From contig OX597815.1 of assembly GCA_951406725.2 (NCBI GenBank), positions 113,832,001-113,896,000 on the forward strand: a stretch of 64,000 nt of DNA, in the 5' to 3' direction. Below are positions 34,931 through 50,601 of the stretch, piece after piece. Under the pieces are notes generated by a model. The model saw nothing but the letters and a program-made list of their open reading frames with translations. It had not been told where the DNA came from and searched no databases. Source of the DNA: Octopus vulgaris. Lineage: Eukaryota. Positions within the stretch are counted from its first letter, which is position 1. Every line of letters starts with the position of its first letter. Position numbers and translations under genes: made by a program.

Positions 34931-37900
34931 CAACTCTCCAATGTCTACATCATGTATAAAAACTAAAGCAATATCTAAATATATTGTTTATATTTGTGTT
35001 ACTATAGTTGTTGTTGTTGTTTCAGGGCTACTTTTCTTTTATAGAAGAAAAATGGCTCAGTTAGATTCTGTAGGTTTCATGTCGCCCATAGTTTACAACT
35101 TTCTATGTCAGTTCTATTTCTCTCTCTTTTTGGCTGACCTGCTTATTATTTGCAGTGACTTCTTCCAGGTTTAATTATCATCAACTGACATCTTACTCTT
35201 TTACAAATGTAGCTGTTGAGAAGAAAATTGACTGCTTCCATTTTGAACTCCTATCTAATACATGAATTATTTTTCTTTGTTTTATTTTTTTTTTTTTTTC
35301 TAATATAGTCTGGGTTAAGATTTGAACCATTGTGTAGCATTTTGAACCTATAGTAAAAATAATGAGTTTAGGGAAAAAAAATAAATTGATTTTTCAGGAT
35401 CCTCCCCTTACACACACATATACACAGCTGGCATTCCCAAAACAGAGAACTAAGGTCAATTCAATCATTGCATTCCATTGTGTAGCCTTCTAGCCTTCTG
35501 TTATGCTGACAAGATCTTTATTGATTCATGTCTCAAAAATTTTGTTACTAAGCTTGATTTTATCTAAATTATTCCTTGTATTTGATCTTAAATTGATTGA
35601 CAGAAAAATAAAACAAAAACAAAATAATGATAATATCTCTAATTAAAGATACTTTTTTTTCTTTTTTTCTAACTATTTTCAAAAATCATTTTAATAAAAT
35701 GGTAATTATAGGTTTTAATAATAATTCTTTCTAATTTTGGCCGAGTCCAGCAATTTTAAGGAGAGGGGAAGTTTATTACATCGACCCTAGTGCTCAACTG
35801 GTACTTATTTTATTGATTTGAAAGGATGAAAGGCAGAGTTGACCTCAGCAGAATTTGAACTCAGAATGTAATGAACTGGAAGAAATACCACCAGGCATTT
35901 TGTTTGGTACTCTAACAATTCTGACAACTTAGAATAATAGAAGTAAATGCATTGTCTAAAATTTATCAAATACTGTTACTATTACCAATGTATTTGTTAC
36001 ATATTAAATTTTGATCCCTTTTTTATATTTAAAAGTATCTTTTGATAATAGTCATTTGTAATATCTCATATTTTTGAATTATTGGCATGACACTATTGTA
36101 TATATCAAATATAGCCAGTCACATGCCACTCAATGCCACTGTGTGTGTATTATTTATAATTTAAAAAAATTTTTGTGTTTCTTCTTATCGAACAATTTGG
36201 TCACCCCTGCTATATATTATAAATCTCAGTGAAATACATTGTGATCAATTATCTCATAGTTCTAAAACCCATTCTACTTAGCAGTTTCTTTAACTATTTT
36301 TAGTGTTCCTTAAATGTGACCTCTATGGAATCATTTGCTCTAGTTCTTATTGTGCTATCTAGGCTACATAATTTACCTTATTTTAGTTAGGCACCTGTAT
36401 TGCTTAAGATCTTCAATGTATTTGCTTTTTATTCTATTTGTTAAATGGGTTTTGGGTTTTTATGTAATGTATTCTTAATAGTACAAGGCTGTTTGAGATT
36501 TTGGTAAAAAAAAATTGGAGAATCATCAGTTAAACTCTTCTATAGACTGCATTCTTCCACATATACAGACTTGCCGCATAAAAAGCATGCATGCCAGTGC
36601 TGCATAAATGCATCCATAAAAAAGAAAGAACATAAAAAAGAAAGAACACAGTTTAAGTGGTTGGCATTAGGAAGGTCATCCAGCTATAGAAACCATGTCA
36701 CAACAGACAGTTGGAGTCTGGCCAGCTCCATGTCAAACCATCCTACCCATGCCAGCATCGTAAGCAGACATTGATGATGATGATTATTGTTTCTGTAATG
36801 CATGCAAGATGTTTAAAAATAGACCAACTTATGCCAATGTAGATGGAGAAAATTAATCTAAATTTGGTGGAAGCTAATAGAAAATACATCAGTTATTGAG
36901 AAAAGAACAGACTTAATGGTGACATCTTTTTACTGTTTTTCTTCTTTAAAGAATTTAGCCAAACTAAAGTATATTGGTTGATGTTGACTGATCAGTAGAA
37001 AAAAGGGTAGAATTAGGAGAGCAATGAATTAAATGCTTTGTGGTATCTAGTTCATCATTTTAGTTAAAAAATGTGGAGTTTGACTTGGCCTTTGATTCAA
37101 TTGTGATTAATAATAGAGGTACCAAGGTGAATTTGATTAATTATACTCTCCCTTATAATGTATGGCTTTATGCCTTGGTTAAAAATCATTATTTTCAAGT
37201 CCAGATAGCTAAACTCCTTACCTGTTGAGTCAGCAACACCCCTTTGATTTGAAGTGGAAGCCAGTTCGTGACTTGTAAAAGCACTGCACTTAATACCTTT
37301 CTCAAAGGCATGAATGTCACACACTTTAAGTTTATTCCTTATGTTTTGAGCATCTTTAAGAAATCAATATTCATTTTATATTTGCACTAAAACATTATTT
37401 TCATCATTTTTATCTTAATAATTTGTACATAATTTTCAATTATCTCAAGTTAGATTTCAAGCATTTTGCAAACCTGCATTTTCATATTTGCTATCATTAC
37501 ATTCTGTTTTAATGTGAGAAGAGCATTATAATGATGTCATTTGTACAGTGGGAGGAACATGCTTTAGCAAGCTAATGAGCAATAACATTTGAAAAGCATT
37601 GGTTAAAATTACATCTTCATTGACTGAGCTCTTTAACTATCTTTTTAAGGTCGGCCTTTTACTTGAAAATTCCCCTTGACAGAAATTAGAGATCAGTTCT
37701 CTGGGTGACTGACTCACCTTTATCAGATTTCAATATTGAATGTTTTTTTGTTTTTTTATAAACACTCATTTGCTGATTCAAAGATGTGTTGTCTGTTAAT
37801 TTATATTATATCAAAAGAGCATTTTAGTGAACACCTGTGTAGTATTTATTTACTTTTTAATGGAGTAAATTTAAGTTTTGTAATTTTCAAAATATGATTT

Positions 37901-40900
37901 TTTTTTCATTAAAATATGCTTTTGTAATTGTATCAATTATATTAAGAAATCTAGCTCCTATACTCACCTATTATTCATCATGATACTGTTCTTCAAGGGT
38001 TTTCAAGTCTGCTTTAAAAATGTTTTTTTAAAAATATTTTATCAAATTGACTTTTCTTAAATTACTAATATACCTGTGAATTAATAAAGTAGTTGACATA
38101 GTTGTCTCATGGGTAAAGACATATTCAGGCAACAGTATGAGACATCCTGGACTGGGTTCAATCTTGTTCAGTGCCTACACTGAGGAATGTTACTAAAAGT
38201 TTCAATGGTAGCACTCCAGCATGGCCTTAACTTATGGGCCAAAACAAATAAGAGATAGTTGTGAATAAACTTTTCATTAGCCTATTTACCTTTTTGGCTG
38301 AGAAGATTTAAGGATTTGCATCTGTGTGATAGGTATTGAGGTCAAATCTTTGGTAGGCATTCTATTGTACATTTGGACATCATGCAGAATTGTACTTGCC
38401 TCAATGCATGTAGTTTTGACACAATTAATCAAAGTTATCAACTGCAATGGAGACTAGCATCCTATCCTTGGTAATCTGTCATTTCCTTAACAGTATGAAA
38501 CTAATGAGGAAATCTTTATGTAGTTGGTAGATATGCTAGAAATTGAAGTTAAATCTCCTTCAAATTATACCCTGCCATCATCTTGAAAATTGAGCAAGAT
38601 ATTGGATGATTTAATCCTAGATATGCTATGTTAAAAAAATGGGTGGCATAGTTACAGTATGCCTTTGATCATATGCTAATTCTATCAAGATTGACTGGAG
38701 CTAAATAACAGTAGAAGTTAATCCCTGATTCAGTTGTGTCTCTGTGGCTTTGGAAACATTTCCTTTATTTTCCATTGCTGTTCTTACACAAAAAATTATT
38801 TTATAGGTTTTAGGTAGGTTTCTTTGTTTTTTTGTTTTGTTTTGTTTTTTTGAAGAGGATTTAGTTACATCCTATTTTATTTTTAGTTCAAGCTCTGACA
38901 AGGTTGACTCTGTCCTTTAACCTTTTGGATTAGACAAAATAAAGCACCAGTCAAATATTAGTCAATTTGACCCATCCCCAAATTTGTATCCTTGCGTCAG
39001 TAATTTGAAATTATTATCTCTTTATTTACCTATCTATCTAATTCATTTTAGATGTGATGTTTTGCATAAAGACTTAATAATGCCTCTTCATTTTTTATGT
39101 GTTATTTTTCTTATATTACAGTGTAACATTTCTGCTCAGTTTCTGTCTTCATTAGTACATTTTCCATATGTGTATATACATTAACATTCATTTTGCTGGC
39201 TTGACAGACTTCTCTAGTTGGACCTGTATTCTAAACAACTACTTAATTTAAGTTTAGTTTGCATTACTTTGAGTGAACACTGTAGATAAAAAAAAAAAAA
39301 AAGATGTTATCAAATGCAAGGTCTTCTTTGATAACTTATAGTTATGTTTTCCATTGTTCATCATGACACATGATGCTCCTGAGCCAAGCCTGGGGTTGAA
39401 CTGATAAATTTCCTGAATACATAGGCATGCATGACTTAACTAGCCAAGATGAAGACTTTTAAGTATAGACAACAAGCCTTGCCTTCACAAACCATTCATC
39501 CACATGCAATCAGTGAAGCAAAAATTCAATATTCTCAGACATCAGTTATCAAATAGCCACACAAAGAGATGTTCATTAGCATGACAGAATCTCAAGTCAT
39601 ACCTGTAATAACATAAGAAACAATGATGCCAGGAATAGTGTAACTACAAGGATATCTAATTTGAAAAGAGTATCCCAAAAAAGCCTATGATTGATGTTCT
39701 GCTCAGTTACTTGACTGGCTGGATTAGCAGCCAAATCTCCCTAAAATAACACCCTTACACAACTTACAAAAGGAAAGACATTGCACAGTCTAGTCTCCTA
39801 TATATTCAATAAGGCAAAATGATCATAGGCCTGCTCAATCGGGGCAGTCTCAAGCCTAAATAATAACACCACCACCCAGTGATGTTTGTTTTAAGGAACC
39901 CACGTTTCAAATAGAGAAGTATTCGGAACACAGATCTTTAGGTAGAACCTCAGAACCATAGGATGTGTGTCAGTCTGATGTGGATACATCAAATCTATAA
40001 CTACAAACTGACACTTAATAGGGCAGCTATGTGATTCTAGTAAAATGATACATTGATTCAAGTTATAGATTAGTGTACTTTCCAATGCTTACCTAAAATA
40101 TTTTGTTCACATTTACATTAGCTACTTTCTTTTCAACTCTTTATCTTAACAATCTCACCATCTTTGTTTTCTTATTATCTCATTACCAATCAACTTGTAA
40201 CACTTGTTTAATGTGTACTAGTTTACTGCAAACTACCTAAGACATTTCATCAATTTCATTTTTTTCCCCCCCTCATATTTGGGTTTTGAGCCGAAACCCA
40301 AATCTGTTAACTTATGTTCCTGATTTTCTAATAATTCCACTGAAAATAGACATTTGTTGTCTTTTAGATATTCTTTTTTTTTTTTTTTTTTTAAACAGCT
40401 TAGTGAAAGAGGGCATCGCCTCTGACCATCTTTTAGGGACTTGGAAACTAATGGGGAGACGGGAAAAAGTTACTCAGAGCAGAGATCTGGCTCAAGTCAG
40501 TTTGAGATTCCCTACTTGAGCCATTTTCTTTTTGGAGTTACCTCAAAAATTCAATACTAAATTAATTGATAAACTGTACTTTCATAAATTTAACCAACTC
40601 TAAATTACTTTGTATTTTTTGTATGCTTTTCCTTTCTACCAACTACTTATTTCTGTTATATAATTTTAAGTCTAATGCTATAGTCATCTTCTTGCATTAA
40701 AACAAGTGAAGCTGGAAATTTATCTTCTTAATAGTTCAAAATGAAGAGGGATTATATATGGCTCATTTTATTTAATAGACATGAAAAGTTGATGCATTAA
40801 AGTTATTGGCCGTAACACTTATTCTTCATCAACAGATATCTAATATATTAAAATATGTTAAAATATATTAAAACAATGTTCATTCTAAGATGATTTCATT

Positions 40901-41010
40901 TCGGCTCTAGCTTTGTGTGTTGCTTAATCTAATTATTGTTGGTAACTTATTTTATGCTCTTTATGTATTACCATGCAGTAGTGTTAATGAAATAATTTCT
41001 TTATTTACAG

Positions 41011-41100
41011 AGGGAACACTTTTTGGCTTCATCTCGACAAGAAAGTATTGGACCATGATTTTTCTCGACGTTCTCTCTTACTTTTGTATCTAGGCATTAA
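41011..41100 (+). CDS. FRMD4A: FRMD4-like exon: (K)GNTFWLHLDKKVLDHDFSRRSLLLLYLGI
   Basis: tttacag acceptor, gtaagt donor; 90 nt, phase 2 to 2; FERM WLxLDKxV motif. Confidence 0.93.
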
Positions 41101-42274
41101 GTAAGTAGTTTTACTATATTCCACACTTGTTCTTTAAAAATAGTGTTATAATACATTACAATTTAAATAAGTATTAACATTTATATAAGTTATGTAGAAG
41201 GAAATCAAAATAATAGGAATAACTGAAATATTATGTGAAATCTAGCATATACACATAATGAACTCTTGTGGACTCTACTGTCATAGATGGCAAATGAGGG
41301 TTCTGCAATTTCTTATATAGTGATCAAATATTTGAGCTGTACATTAGCTCACTCCCTCCACCAAATTCATATTGTCTGTACAGGTGCACAATATGCCACA
41401 TATCAGATGTTCAAGTGATCACAGTGCAACATAAAGTGAAGTACCTGGTCCAGGAATCAAAACCATGATCTTGTAATTGCAAGTGCTGTGTCCTAACCAT
41501 TAGGCCATACACCAGCACATATTTGTAAATATATAAATATTATGGAATATCACTGTAAGCATCATCATCTTTGTTATGCTTGCACTTAACCATTTCCATT
41601 ACGTTTCTTTTTTAAATATTTTTAAATGCAAATTGACAGTTTTGTCATGTTTACTGTCTATGGTCTCTGGCAAATACACAAAATTTCCAAATGCAGTTTA
41701 TTGTTAGTCCTCAAAAAACATTAGAATTTTGATTCTGAACCAATATTTATTGTCCCCCCCCCTCTCTCTCTCTCTCTCGCTGTTGTTCCTTTTTGTTTAA
41801 CTATTGATCTACATTCTTGTTTTTTTCATCATTCTACTAATTTTTTTTTAATCATATTTTTGAATCAGCTATTCTCACTGCTGATATTTTTTTTCCTTAG
41901 GGATGGACACACACACATGCACACACAGAGGATTTCTTGTTCATATATTTACTATGTATGTAGTTTTGCTGACTAGCTAGCTTCTAGAAAATTCTGTTTA
42001 GTATGACCTTATGTAATAACGTGTATCATATAATGGCAGAATCTACTATTAATTTACAGATGCAATGGCATGAAATGGACAATAAAATGAATTTGGGGTA
42101 ATTCTAATGAAACTTTGATTATTACCAGATGGTGCTGTCCTTTCAAATTCCACTATTGTTTCTCAATTTACATAACTTTTTGCGGAAGTTGCTTTAACTA
42201 CATCTTTACACCAACTGACGCTACTCAAACATAACAATGATACTGATAATAATAATTATAATAATAATAATAGT

Positions 42275-42937
42275 CCTTTCTACTATAGGCACAAGGCCTG
42301 CAATTTTGGTGGAGGGTCTAGTCGACTACATCAGTGCTAGTGCTCAACTGGTACTCGATTTATCAACTCTGAAAGGATACAAGGCAAAGTCAACCTTGTT
42401 GGAATTTGAACTCAGGACATAAAGAACAACAAAATGCCACTAAGCATTTTGTTTGGCATGCTAATGATTCTGCCAGTTCACCACCTTAAATCATAATAAC
42501 AGTAATGATGATAATCCTTTGTTATAGGCACAAGGCTTGAAATTTTAGAAAGTGGGGTTAGTCGATTACATCAACCCCAGTGCTCAGCTGGTACTTATTT
42601 TATCAACCCTGAAAGGATGAAAGACAATGTTGACCTCAGCTGAATTTGAACTCAGATTGTTGAGACTGACAGTCTGTGCTAACAATTCTGCCAGCTCACC
42701 ACCTAATAATAATGATAATAATTGTTTCAAATTTTTGGCACAAGGCCAGCAGTTTTTGAAGTGAGAGGCTAGTTCATTACATTAACCCCAGTTCTTGGTT
42801 GGAATTTTTTTTATCTGCCCTGAAAGGATGAAAGGCAAAATTGACCTTGGTGTGTTTTGAACTCAGAATGTTTAGAGCTAGAAGAAATGCTCTTAGGTAT
42901 TTTGACTGATTTGCAAATGATTCTGCCAACTCACTAC
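42275..42937 (-). mobile_element. Three tandem family-B SINE copies separated by (AAT)n
   Basis: Units near 42275-42485, 42515-42703 and 42722-42937, each with ggcacaagg...tgaaagga...tttgaactcag...ttctgcca. Confidence 0.88.
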
Positions 42938-45900
42938 CAAGAATAATGATGATGATAATATTTATGCTCTGAGGTTTTAAAACTAAATATCTTGTTAGAG
43001 AAAGTTATATATTTTCTTTCATTTTAAAAAGAATATGGAAATCTGTGAAAGTGAATACAAATGCAATAAAACATTGAGAAATATAGTATGAACAAAAATG
43101 CAATTACTGGATAGCTTTCACATGTTCATTGTATAGTGAGCGACAGACTGCTTGTCAATGTATCAACTATTTCAAATGATAGTTTCAAAAATATTCCTGA
43201 AAAATTGTGTGGGAAGCCTTTTAGAATTGATCCTTTTGTTGCCGGACTCATGTTCAGTGAGTCAGAAATGAGAGGGTGAGAGAGAGGAATAGAGAGAACC
43301 AAGAATAATAACAATAAAAAAAAAAAGGAAATTAGAAGGTTGATTATATTTATTTTTTTGTTTTTATTCATGAGTATTATAATCTAGAGAACAGGTTTAT
43401 TGTCATCAGGCCCTGGGCTAGGAATAAAATTGAATTCAGGATTGTCATTTCAAATTAAGAGAAGCATAATGTATGTATATATATATGGAACCTGTTTTTT
43501 GATGATGATACTTATGGAAGATTGGGAAAAGGGTTTGTATGTAATAAAAGGCGAATCCTTATATCTTGGCATTTGGGTATAATGTGTATTGATTATAAAA
43601 ATAGGACACAATTTTGCATGTGATTACTCAGCTGTGTTGCCATTACAGTCTTCAGTACAGCAGAAATTCCTCTGTTGTTAGCTTGTGCTGACATTCTAGG
43701 AATATTTCAATGTTTGGTTGCGTCTTGAATTTAGAAAACTATAAAGTATATTTAGAAAGAAAGAAAAAAAGAAAACAATAGAAAGACAAGCTTCTATATA
43801 ATTTAAAAACAATATCATCAATGTTGCCAATGTGCAACTGTGTAACAGGAATTTTTTTTTTTTTTAAGAATTGTTCTTTGACTGATTCTGAAATATGATT
43901 TAATTATTGTTAAGTTTGAACAGTTGACTATAACCAGTAATCTACACATCTCAAATGCATCTCCATTATTATGACACTAGTGTTTATAATCAAAGAACAT
44001 TAGATATATTGAAATACCTAAGAAACAATTACACAATTGTGTACCATTGAGAGCAAATCAATGTTTCCAGAGATGTCTGTATTTTTTTTGAACATGTATA
44101 TGATATGATAAAGATGTTCAAGATTTAGTTTATTTTTAGTAGAAATTGGAGATAGCTAGGATGCCAGACTAGATGAATAACAGCATTTAGTTTCAAATCT
44201 CAATGTCCTAAGTTCAGATCACAGCACTGTTATCATTGCCTTTTATTCCTCTAAATACAACTCACATCATTGGCTTTTACTAATTGTTTTAGGTGTCTAT
44301 GTAGTTTACAAGTAGACATAGACTATCATTTTGTCCCCTCACCTTTAATGCCACAGAACATCCAGGATGTGATGGCTGAAGGGAGAGAAAGAACTGCACT
44401 CAGCTTGTACTCATTACAGCTGAGTACATTAGGACAACATGTGAAATGTTTTGCTCAGGAACACAGTTCACACCCTGATTCAGAAATTGAACCCATGATT
44501 TATGATCAAGTGTCAGCCACCCTAACCAGTAGGCTATACATATACACTATCACTGTGGTTGCTGAAATAAATACATGGCTCAATTTAAGTGCTTACATCC
44601 TTCACTCAAAAGTTTTTGAGTTTATATCGGTGTTACTTCTTTGGTTAAAAAATACACTGTAGTACTATTGAGTTAACATTAGCAGTCATTTAATGTAACT
44701 TATATGGAATCAGCTGAAAAGTATGCATTGATAGGTTGAATAACTGAGAGAGCTTTCAGAAAATTAGTTTTGTAGAGAGAAAGGCTTGTAACTTGAAGTG
44801 GGGACTTGTTACTATTTAATGATAATTTATAAAGAGATGGAAAGTAAACTTGAGATAAAGTTTGAGTGCAAATTTTCAGTTTAAATGAAAATTACAATAA
44901 AATTTTTGAAATTAGATATGAATTCTAGTGACTTTTCATAGAACATAGACAGATGGCATTTTACATACTGTTTGAGAAATATGTTTTGTTCAATATTCTT
45001 TGCAGTAAAAACAAGGGCTTTGAAAAAAATGAAGTCTCAAGAGCAGATTTTTTTTCCTATTCAATTCTGAGTAGTATTCATAACATTTTTCAGGCCTTCT
45101 GAATCTGTAAAATATAGTTTGGTAATGTTAATATGGTTTGGCTTGAACTCACATGTTAATAATTGGGGAAGAATTTAAACTATTACAGTTTTGGGAAGTA
45201 AATATTAAGGAAATGCTCATTACTGATCCAAAACACAAGGAGGTAAGACGAGGACTGGATGATTATATAAGTTTAAGGCAGATGGATAATTTGTTGGAAG
45301 CAATATAATGTTGCTATTTGGACTGTATTTGCATTACAACAGTTTTTTTCTTTCTATTAGAAGAAAGAAGAGTTGTTTTTTACAACCTTTTAAAGCTCTC
45401 CACTGTACTAAATTGTAAATATAGTGTGCTGAAGATGATATAATGTTCAGTTTGAATTGTTTCAGATGAGTAGTTGCAGGGGTTGCCTTTTTATTCCTTG
45501 ATGAATGATATAGATATCACTTTAAAAAATTTTGTCTGTAAAGAATGATTGCCATTTATCTTGTAAAATAATATTTAATCAATATAAATGTATGTCATAA
45601 CTTTTAGTGAGCTCCCTAATCAACTGACAATGTTTACTTTATATATATAAAGATGTAAAGGGTGTGTAGAACTTTTAACACAATAAAATGCAGCTACTCA
45701 TGCTGTAAGGTGGTTGATGAAAGAACAAATGAAGGGAAAGTTGGAAGGACTGTTTAGTTCTGCTATCAACTTCTCTAGTGCTAGTGGCATGATAAAATGC
45801 ATCAAGTCCACATTGTAAAATTGTTGGTGATAGGAAAAGCATCTGGACATGAAAGAAAAGAAAAGCATGCCAAAAATAAAATTACATATCTAGCAGCAAA

Positions 45901-46568
45901 ATTAGTCATTTCTTTCTCTGTTGCTATGTTGGCTGATGACAAAGGACTGTGATGGTGGCAACATTGATAATTACAACTGTAAATTCTGAATAATGCTAAT
46001 GTATACTAATTATCTTGATCAGTCAGAGACACTTTATTGCTGTTGAATAGTAAATTTAAATTGTTTTTACCATATATTTGCTGTGCTTACTATTGCTATT
46101 ATCAATTCTGAATAATAAATTCTTGGTCTTGGGACTTCAAATTCTTTCTTAGTCATTGCCATGGACAGCATTTCTTTTAATAAGTGCTGCCATAGAACTC
46201 TCTCAAAATTCAATCAATATGAGAGGATATCCATTTGATATGTCAGTATCCTAAAAAAAGAATTTTTTTTCTGAGATCCTAAAGCTTTCTTCAAATGCTA
46301 CTTCTGTGATTATATGTCACCCATAGTCTATTCTTCACCATAACATTAATAAATAATGTAGAGAGTGCACTAATGTGATAACTACTTAGGAGTCAGTTTT
46401 ACAAACTAATTCTAGTTTCTGGTTAAAACCAAATACTTTCCTTGGTGCTACTTTCAAACACTATTGAAATATAAGGTCTTTGTTTTTCTAGTCAAAAGAA
46501 AGGAAGAAATTTTGTGTTGAAGTTCATTGTTTTTCAGTCATTTTATTGTAATTCTTTTATTTTACTAG

Positions 46569-46653
46569 ATTCTATGTGGAATCTATAGCACATCTTCGCG
46601 ACAAGCCTGCAATAGAACTGTTTTATTTGAATGCCAAGCAAGCTATATATAAG
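46569..46653 (+). CDS. FRMD4A: FRMD4-like exon: (K)FYVESIAHLRDKPAIELFYLNAKQAIYK
   Basis: tttactag acceptor, gtatgt donor; 85 nt, phase 2 to 0. Confidence 0.95.
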
Positions 46654-46965
46654 GTATGTTTTACTAAAGTATACACCATATTTTTGTAACAAAGTTTCTG
46701 CTGCATTTATTAAGATCCCCCAAGAAAGAAACTACAAAATATTTAGTTGACATTAGCTTCAATTTCTCTCTTTAAGCTTAAATATAGATACATGTCTATT
46801 TGCTACTGAGTAGAGAAAATGCACAATGTTATGTTGACTGGATTGTTTGTGTAGATTGTACATTCCAGTCAACTAGAAAACAATGTGGCTAACCTTTATT
46901 GTTGAGGTACATGTGGTCTCTGTGGAAAAAACATACATAAATAAGATCAGCAAAGAATTCTTTTA

Positions 46966-47335
46966 TCTTTTACTTGTTTCAGTCATTGGATTGCAGCCAT
47001 GCTGGGACACCACCTAGAAGGGTTTAGTCAAACAGATCAACTGCAGTACTTATATTCTTTTTTAAGTTTACTACTTATTCTGTTGGTCTCTTTTTACTGA
47101 ATTGCTAAGTTAGTGGGATGTAAGTAAGCTATCACCAGTTGTCAAGTGGTGGTGGTGGTAGATAGACACATGCACATGATGAGCTTCTTCAGTTTCCGTC
47201 TACCAGACTCGCTCACAAGGCTTTGGCCAGCCTAGTACTATAGGAGAAGGCACTTGCCCAAGGTACCACTCAGTGTGACTGAACCTGGAATCATGTAGTT
47301 GAGAAGCAAGCTTTCTTACCACACAGTCACACCCA
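46966..47335 (-). mobile_element. SINE family A, near full length
   Basis: ttttacttgtttcagtcattgg...cagtttccgtctacc...cacttgcccaagg...gactgaacctgg. Confidence 0.87.
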
Positions 47336-48783
47336 CCTCTGCCTATATAACTACACAACAACAGCTGTGCCTATACTGGGTATAAAACCTCTGTAATAGT
47401 ATCATAAATGATCAGAAGAAAAATTAATTTGGCAGTCAGAAGGACTAACAAGCATTATTTGGAAAATCAATCTGTGCCACATCTAGCCCAAAGAGTTTTT
47501 GCTATAACCATTGTGTTATTTCTATTTTATAGTTTAAAAGAAATTTGACTTGATATCATTTTTAGACTTGTTCTCTTTTGTGATTATATACAGTTGATAT
47601 ATTAAATGGACTTTACGAAAAAACAAAATGCAAGTACTAAATGTTCACAATGTGTTCTTGTAATGGCAGATCTCACACTGTTTCTCATGGCAAACTAACT
47701 CATTCTACTTCATGAATTTTTAGACTTAATATTTATTAACATTCCATCATTGGTTTCCTATGATCCTGCTGTTTCCCTTAAAGTTGTTAGTGATAAGAGG
47801 AAACCATGAACATTTTGCTGCACCTAAAAATATATTAGACAGAGTTGTCAGGACAGATTTTCTCTTTTTATTTTCAATGTAACATAGAAGTTAACCTCTT
47901 AACTTAGACACCAATTCAACTTAAACCTAAATTCATTTGACTCTTAATTGTAAATGGTTAAGAGGTGTGACCATTTTGCTTGTGATGTATTATGTCAGGC
48001 CATTGATAAATTTGCTTTCAGTTGTTTGACTGTGACCATGTTGGTGCACCACCTTGAAGAACTTTTAGTTGAATGTACCAATCCCACTGGTGTCTTTTTG
48101 CTGAACTGCTAAGTTACAGGAATGTAAACACACCAGCAGTGGTGGGGAGGGGATAAACACAGACATAAAAACACTCTCACACACACGCAAAAACTGAGCC
48201 TGCCACAACTTAATAAGAGCTGTAAAGTGAAGAATCTAGCCATATAATCATTTTATAAGATCAAAAGCAAAAAAAAAAAAAAAAAGGCCCGATTTTCATA
48301 CAAGCTGGGAATTTATTTAAGTTTGTAAAAGCTCAATACAGTTTTTATCTATTGTTACTCGACATGTTCCCTTATTGTTTATCTGTTAATAATAAATATT
48401 TTTGCTTTTCATAATTTAGCCATTGTTGATATGGTGTTAAGGTATGTGTGTCCCATGACAGACATCTTATTTCCATACAGCTGACATCTGGCTACATATT
48501 TCCACCTATCTATAGTTTGCACAATCTGAAAAAGAGAATTAACAATCACCATTTCCTTTTTATATTTAACCATTAACACTCAATGCATAGATTAATTCCT
48601 TCCCCAAGTTACTTTTTTTTTTTTTTTTCAATAAAATGATTTTTTTGCAATAAAACTTAATTTTATTTATTTGCTATTTGGTTTAATTAAACTCTCAGCA
48701 AACCTACATTGCCTATTGAAAATTCAACTTTTCATACACAATGACCATTTGGCCTTTCTTTGACTTTTTCTTTTCTTTTGCAG

Positions 48784-48863
48784 GGCCTTCTTGAGTGTAA
48801 TAGTGAAACAGTATTTGAACTTGCGGCTTATGTATTGCAAATAACTTATGGAAATTTTACAAC
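48784..48863 (+). CDS. FRMD4A: FRMD4-like exon (FERM F2): GLLECNSETVFELAAYVLQITYGNFT
   Basis: Long pyrimidine tract plus gcag acceptor, gtaagc donor; 80 nt, phase 0 to 2. Confidence 0.95.
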
Positions 48864-50601
48864 GTAAGCTTTTGAATTTTAACTGTCATTAAATAAGTTT
48901 ATATCACTCTAAAAAATAAAATTTCTGCTACTGTTAATCTCAAGACATAGGGATGATTAAAGACATTTGGAGTATGTGTGATTATATTCTTGAGTTTTTG
49001 TATGTATATGTTGGTGTGTCTGTAACACACATGCCATCATCATCATTTTCATGTCTATTTTCCATGTTGTTATGGATTAGCTGGTTTTTTAAACTGGAGA
49101 ACCATCACAACCTTAGTATGGTTTCTACAGATATTTTCACTGTTTTTTTCATGGCACCTGCAGTGGTGAGGTTGCCTTGTAACTTGCAAAACCAAAGAGG
49201 TCCCTTTCCTGAGGAGTAAAATAGAAAAGGGGTGGGCTAGTTTATAGAAGGTGTTTGTTGTAGGTGAGTGAAAGGTCTTCCACAATAATAGGTCTTTCCA
49301 TATTCAAGTGTACACAAATGAGTCAAATGTCATTGTACATGCATATATGTTATTCAAAGCTACTTTCTGCAATTCTAACAAGGAGTTACACCCTTTTTAC
49401 TTGTGTGATTTTATGCTACCATGGTAACTATTTATCTATTTTTTCCGTGTTTATTGTTAACAAGGGAAACACACACACACACATATACATATATATAGTA
49501 TATGTAATTATATAAAGTATGATAGTTTAAAGTTAAGTATTTAACATATCTTATGATCATTTTGCAAAGGTATTGTCTTTATAATGCAATCCAAGATTGA
49601 TAAATATTGATAGGCAATACTTCCACTCATCATGATAGGCAAGGAACTAAATATAGTAATAACAAAAAACACTCTCTGAAAGATATGCAAATCCCTAAAT
49701 CAATATGTAAATGTTATAAATTAACCAATAACAGTGGAAAGAGAGAAATTAATTGGTATACACCTCCATTTTCATTAAACGTTAGGGGTTTAGCAAAAAA
49801 GTTTTTCAATGTAGTTAAAAAATGCTTTCCTAGTAATCATAAATATCACCACATATTTTAACAGATCATCAATTAAAATATCTTCTCTACAGTGCCAAAC
49901 ATAGGATCAATTATCAGCAGTTCTAATAGAAGAAAAATTAATAAATATAAAAATAGCTTTAGAAATAGCAAAAATAACAATACTAATAACAAAATATGAA
50001 GTAGCACTAGGATTCCATATAATACTCAGAATATGAGAACACGTAGCTATAATATAGATGTAACAAAATCCCAGCGTAATTCTAAAAATCATACATTTGA
50101 AAATATGCCTTAGATAATACAACACTACAAGCTAATAACAATAATAATTCTCAAATAGTAAATATATCTAACTCTATGACAAATTATCCTCCAGTAAATT
50201 CACTGATAATACCACACACCATAATAAATAATCATAATGATATTAGGCATTATACCTCTGAACAGAAATATAAAAATAAAAATTGCTCATGTAAAAATAA
50301 AGAATTATGTCCTTTAGAAGGCAAACATTTAACGTAATATACAAGTGCATTGTTACATTAACTGATAATTCACATAGTATGGTATACATAGGGAGTTCTG
50401 TTAACTTTAAACAAAGATTTTTAGCACACATACATTCTTTTAAGCCGAATATAACCAGTAATACTACCTCATTAGCTACTTATATACACAAACTTAAAGA
50501 AGCAAAGTTAACTATAGATTAGATTGGTCAATAATAGACTCAGCCACATAAATCTTCTAGTTGCCATCTCTGTACAAAAGAATCACTGTATATATTATTA
50601 T

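Noticed and set aside
46833-46873. Short stem gttgactgga...tccagtcaac downstream of an exon
   Set aside because: Only 10-14 bp; not distinguishable from chance in 64 kb.
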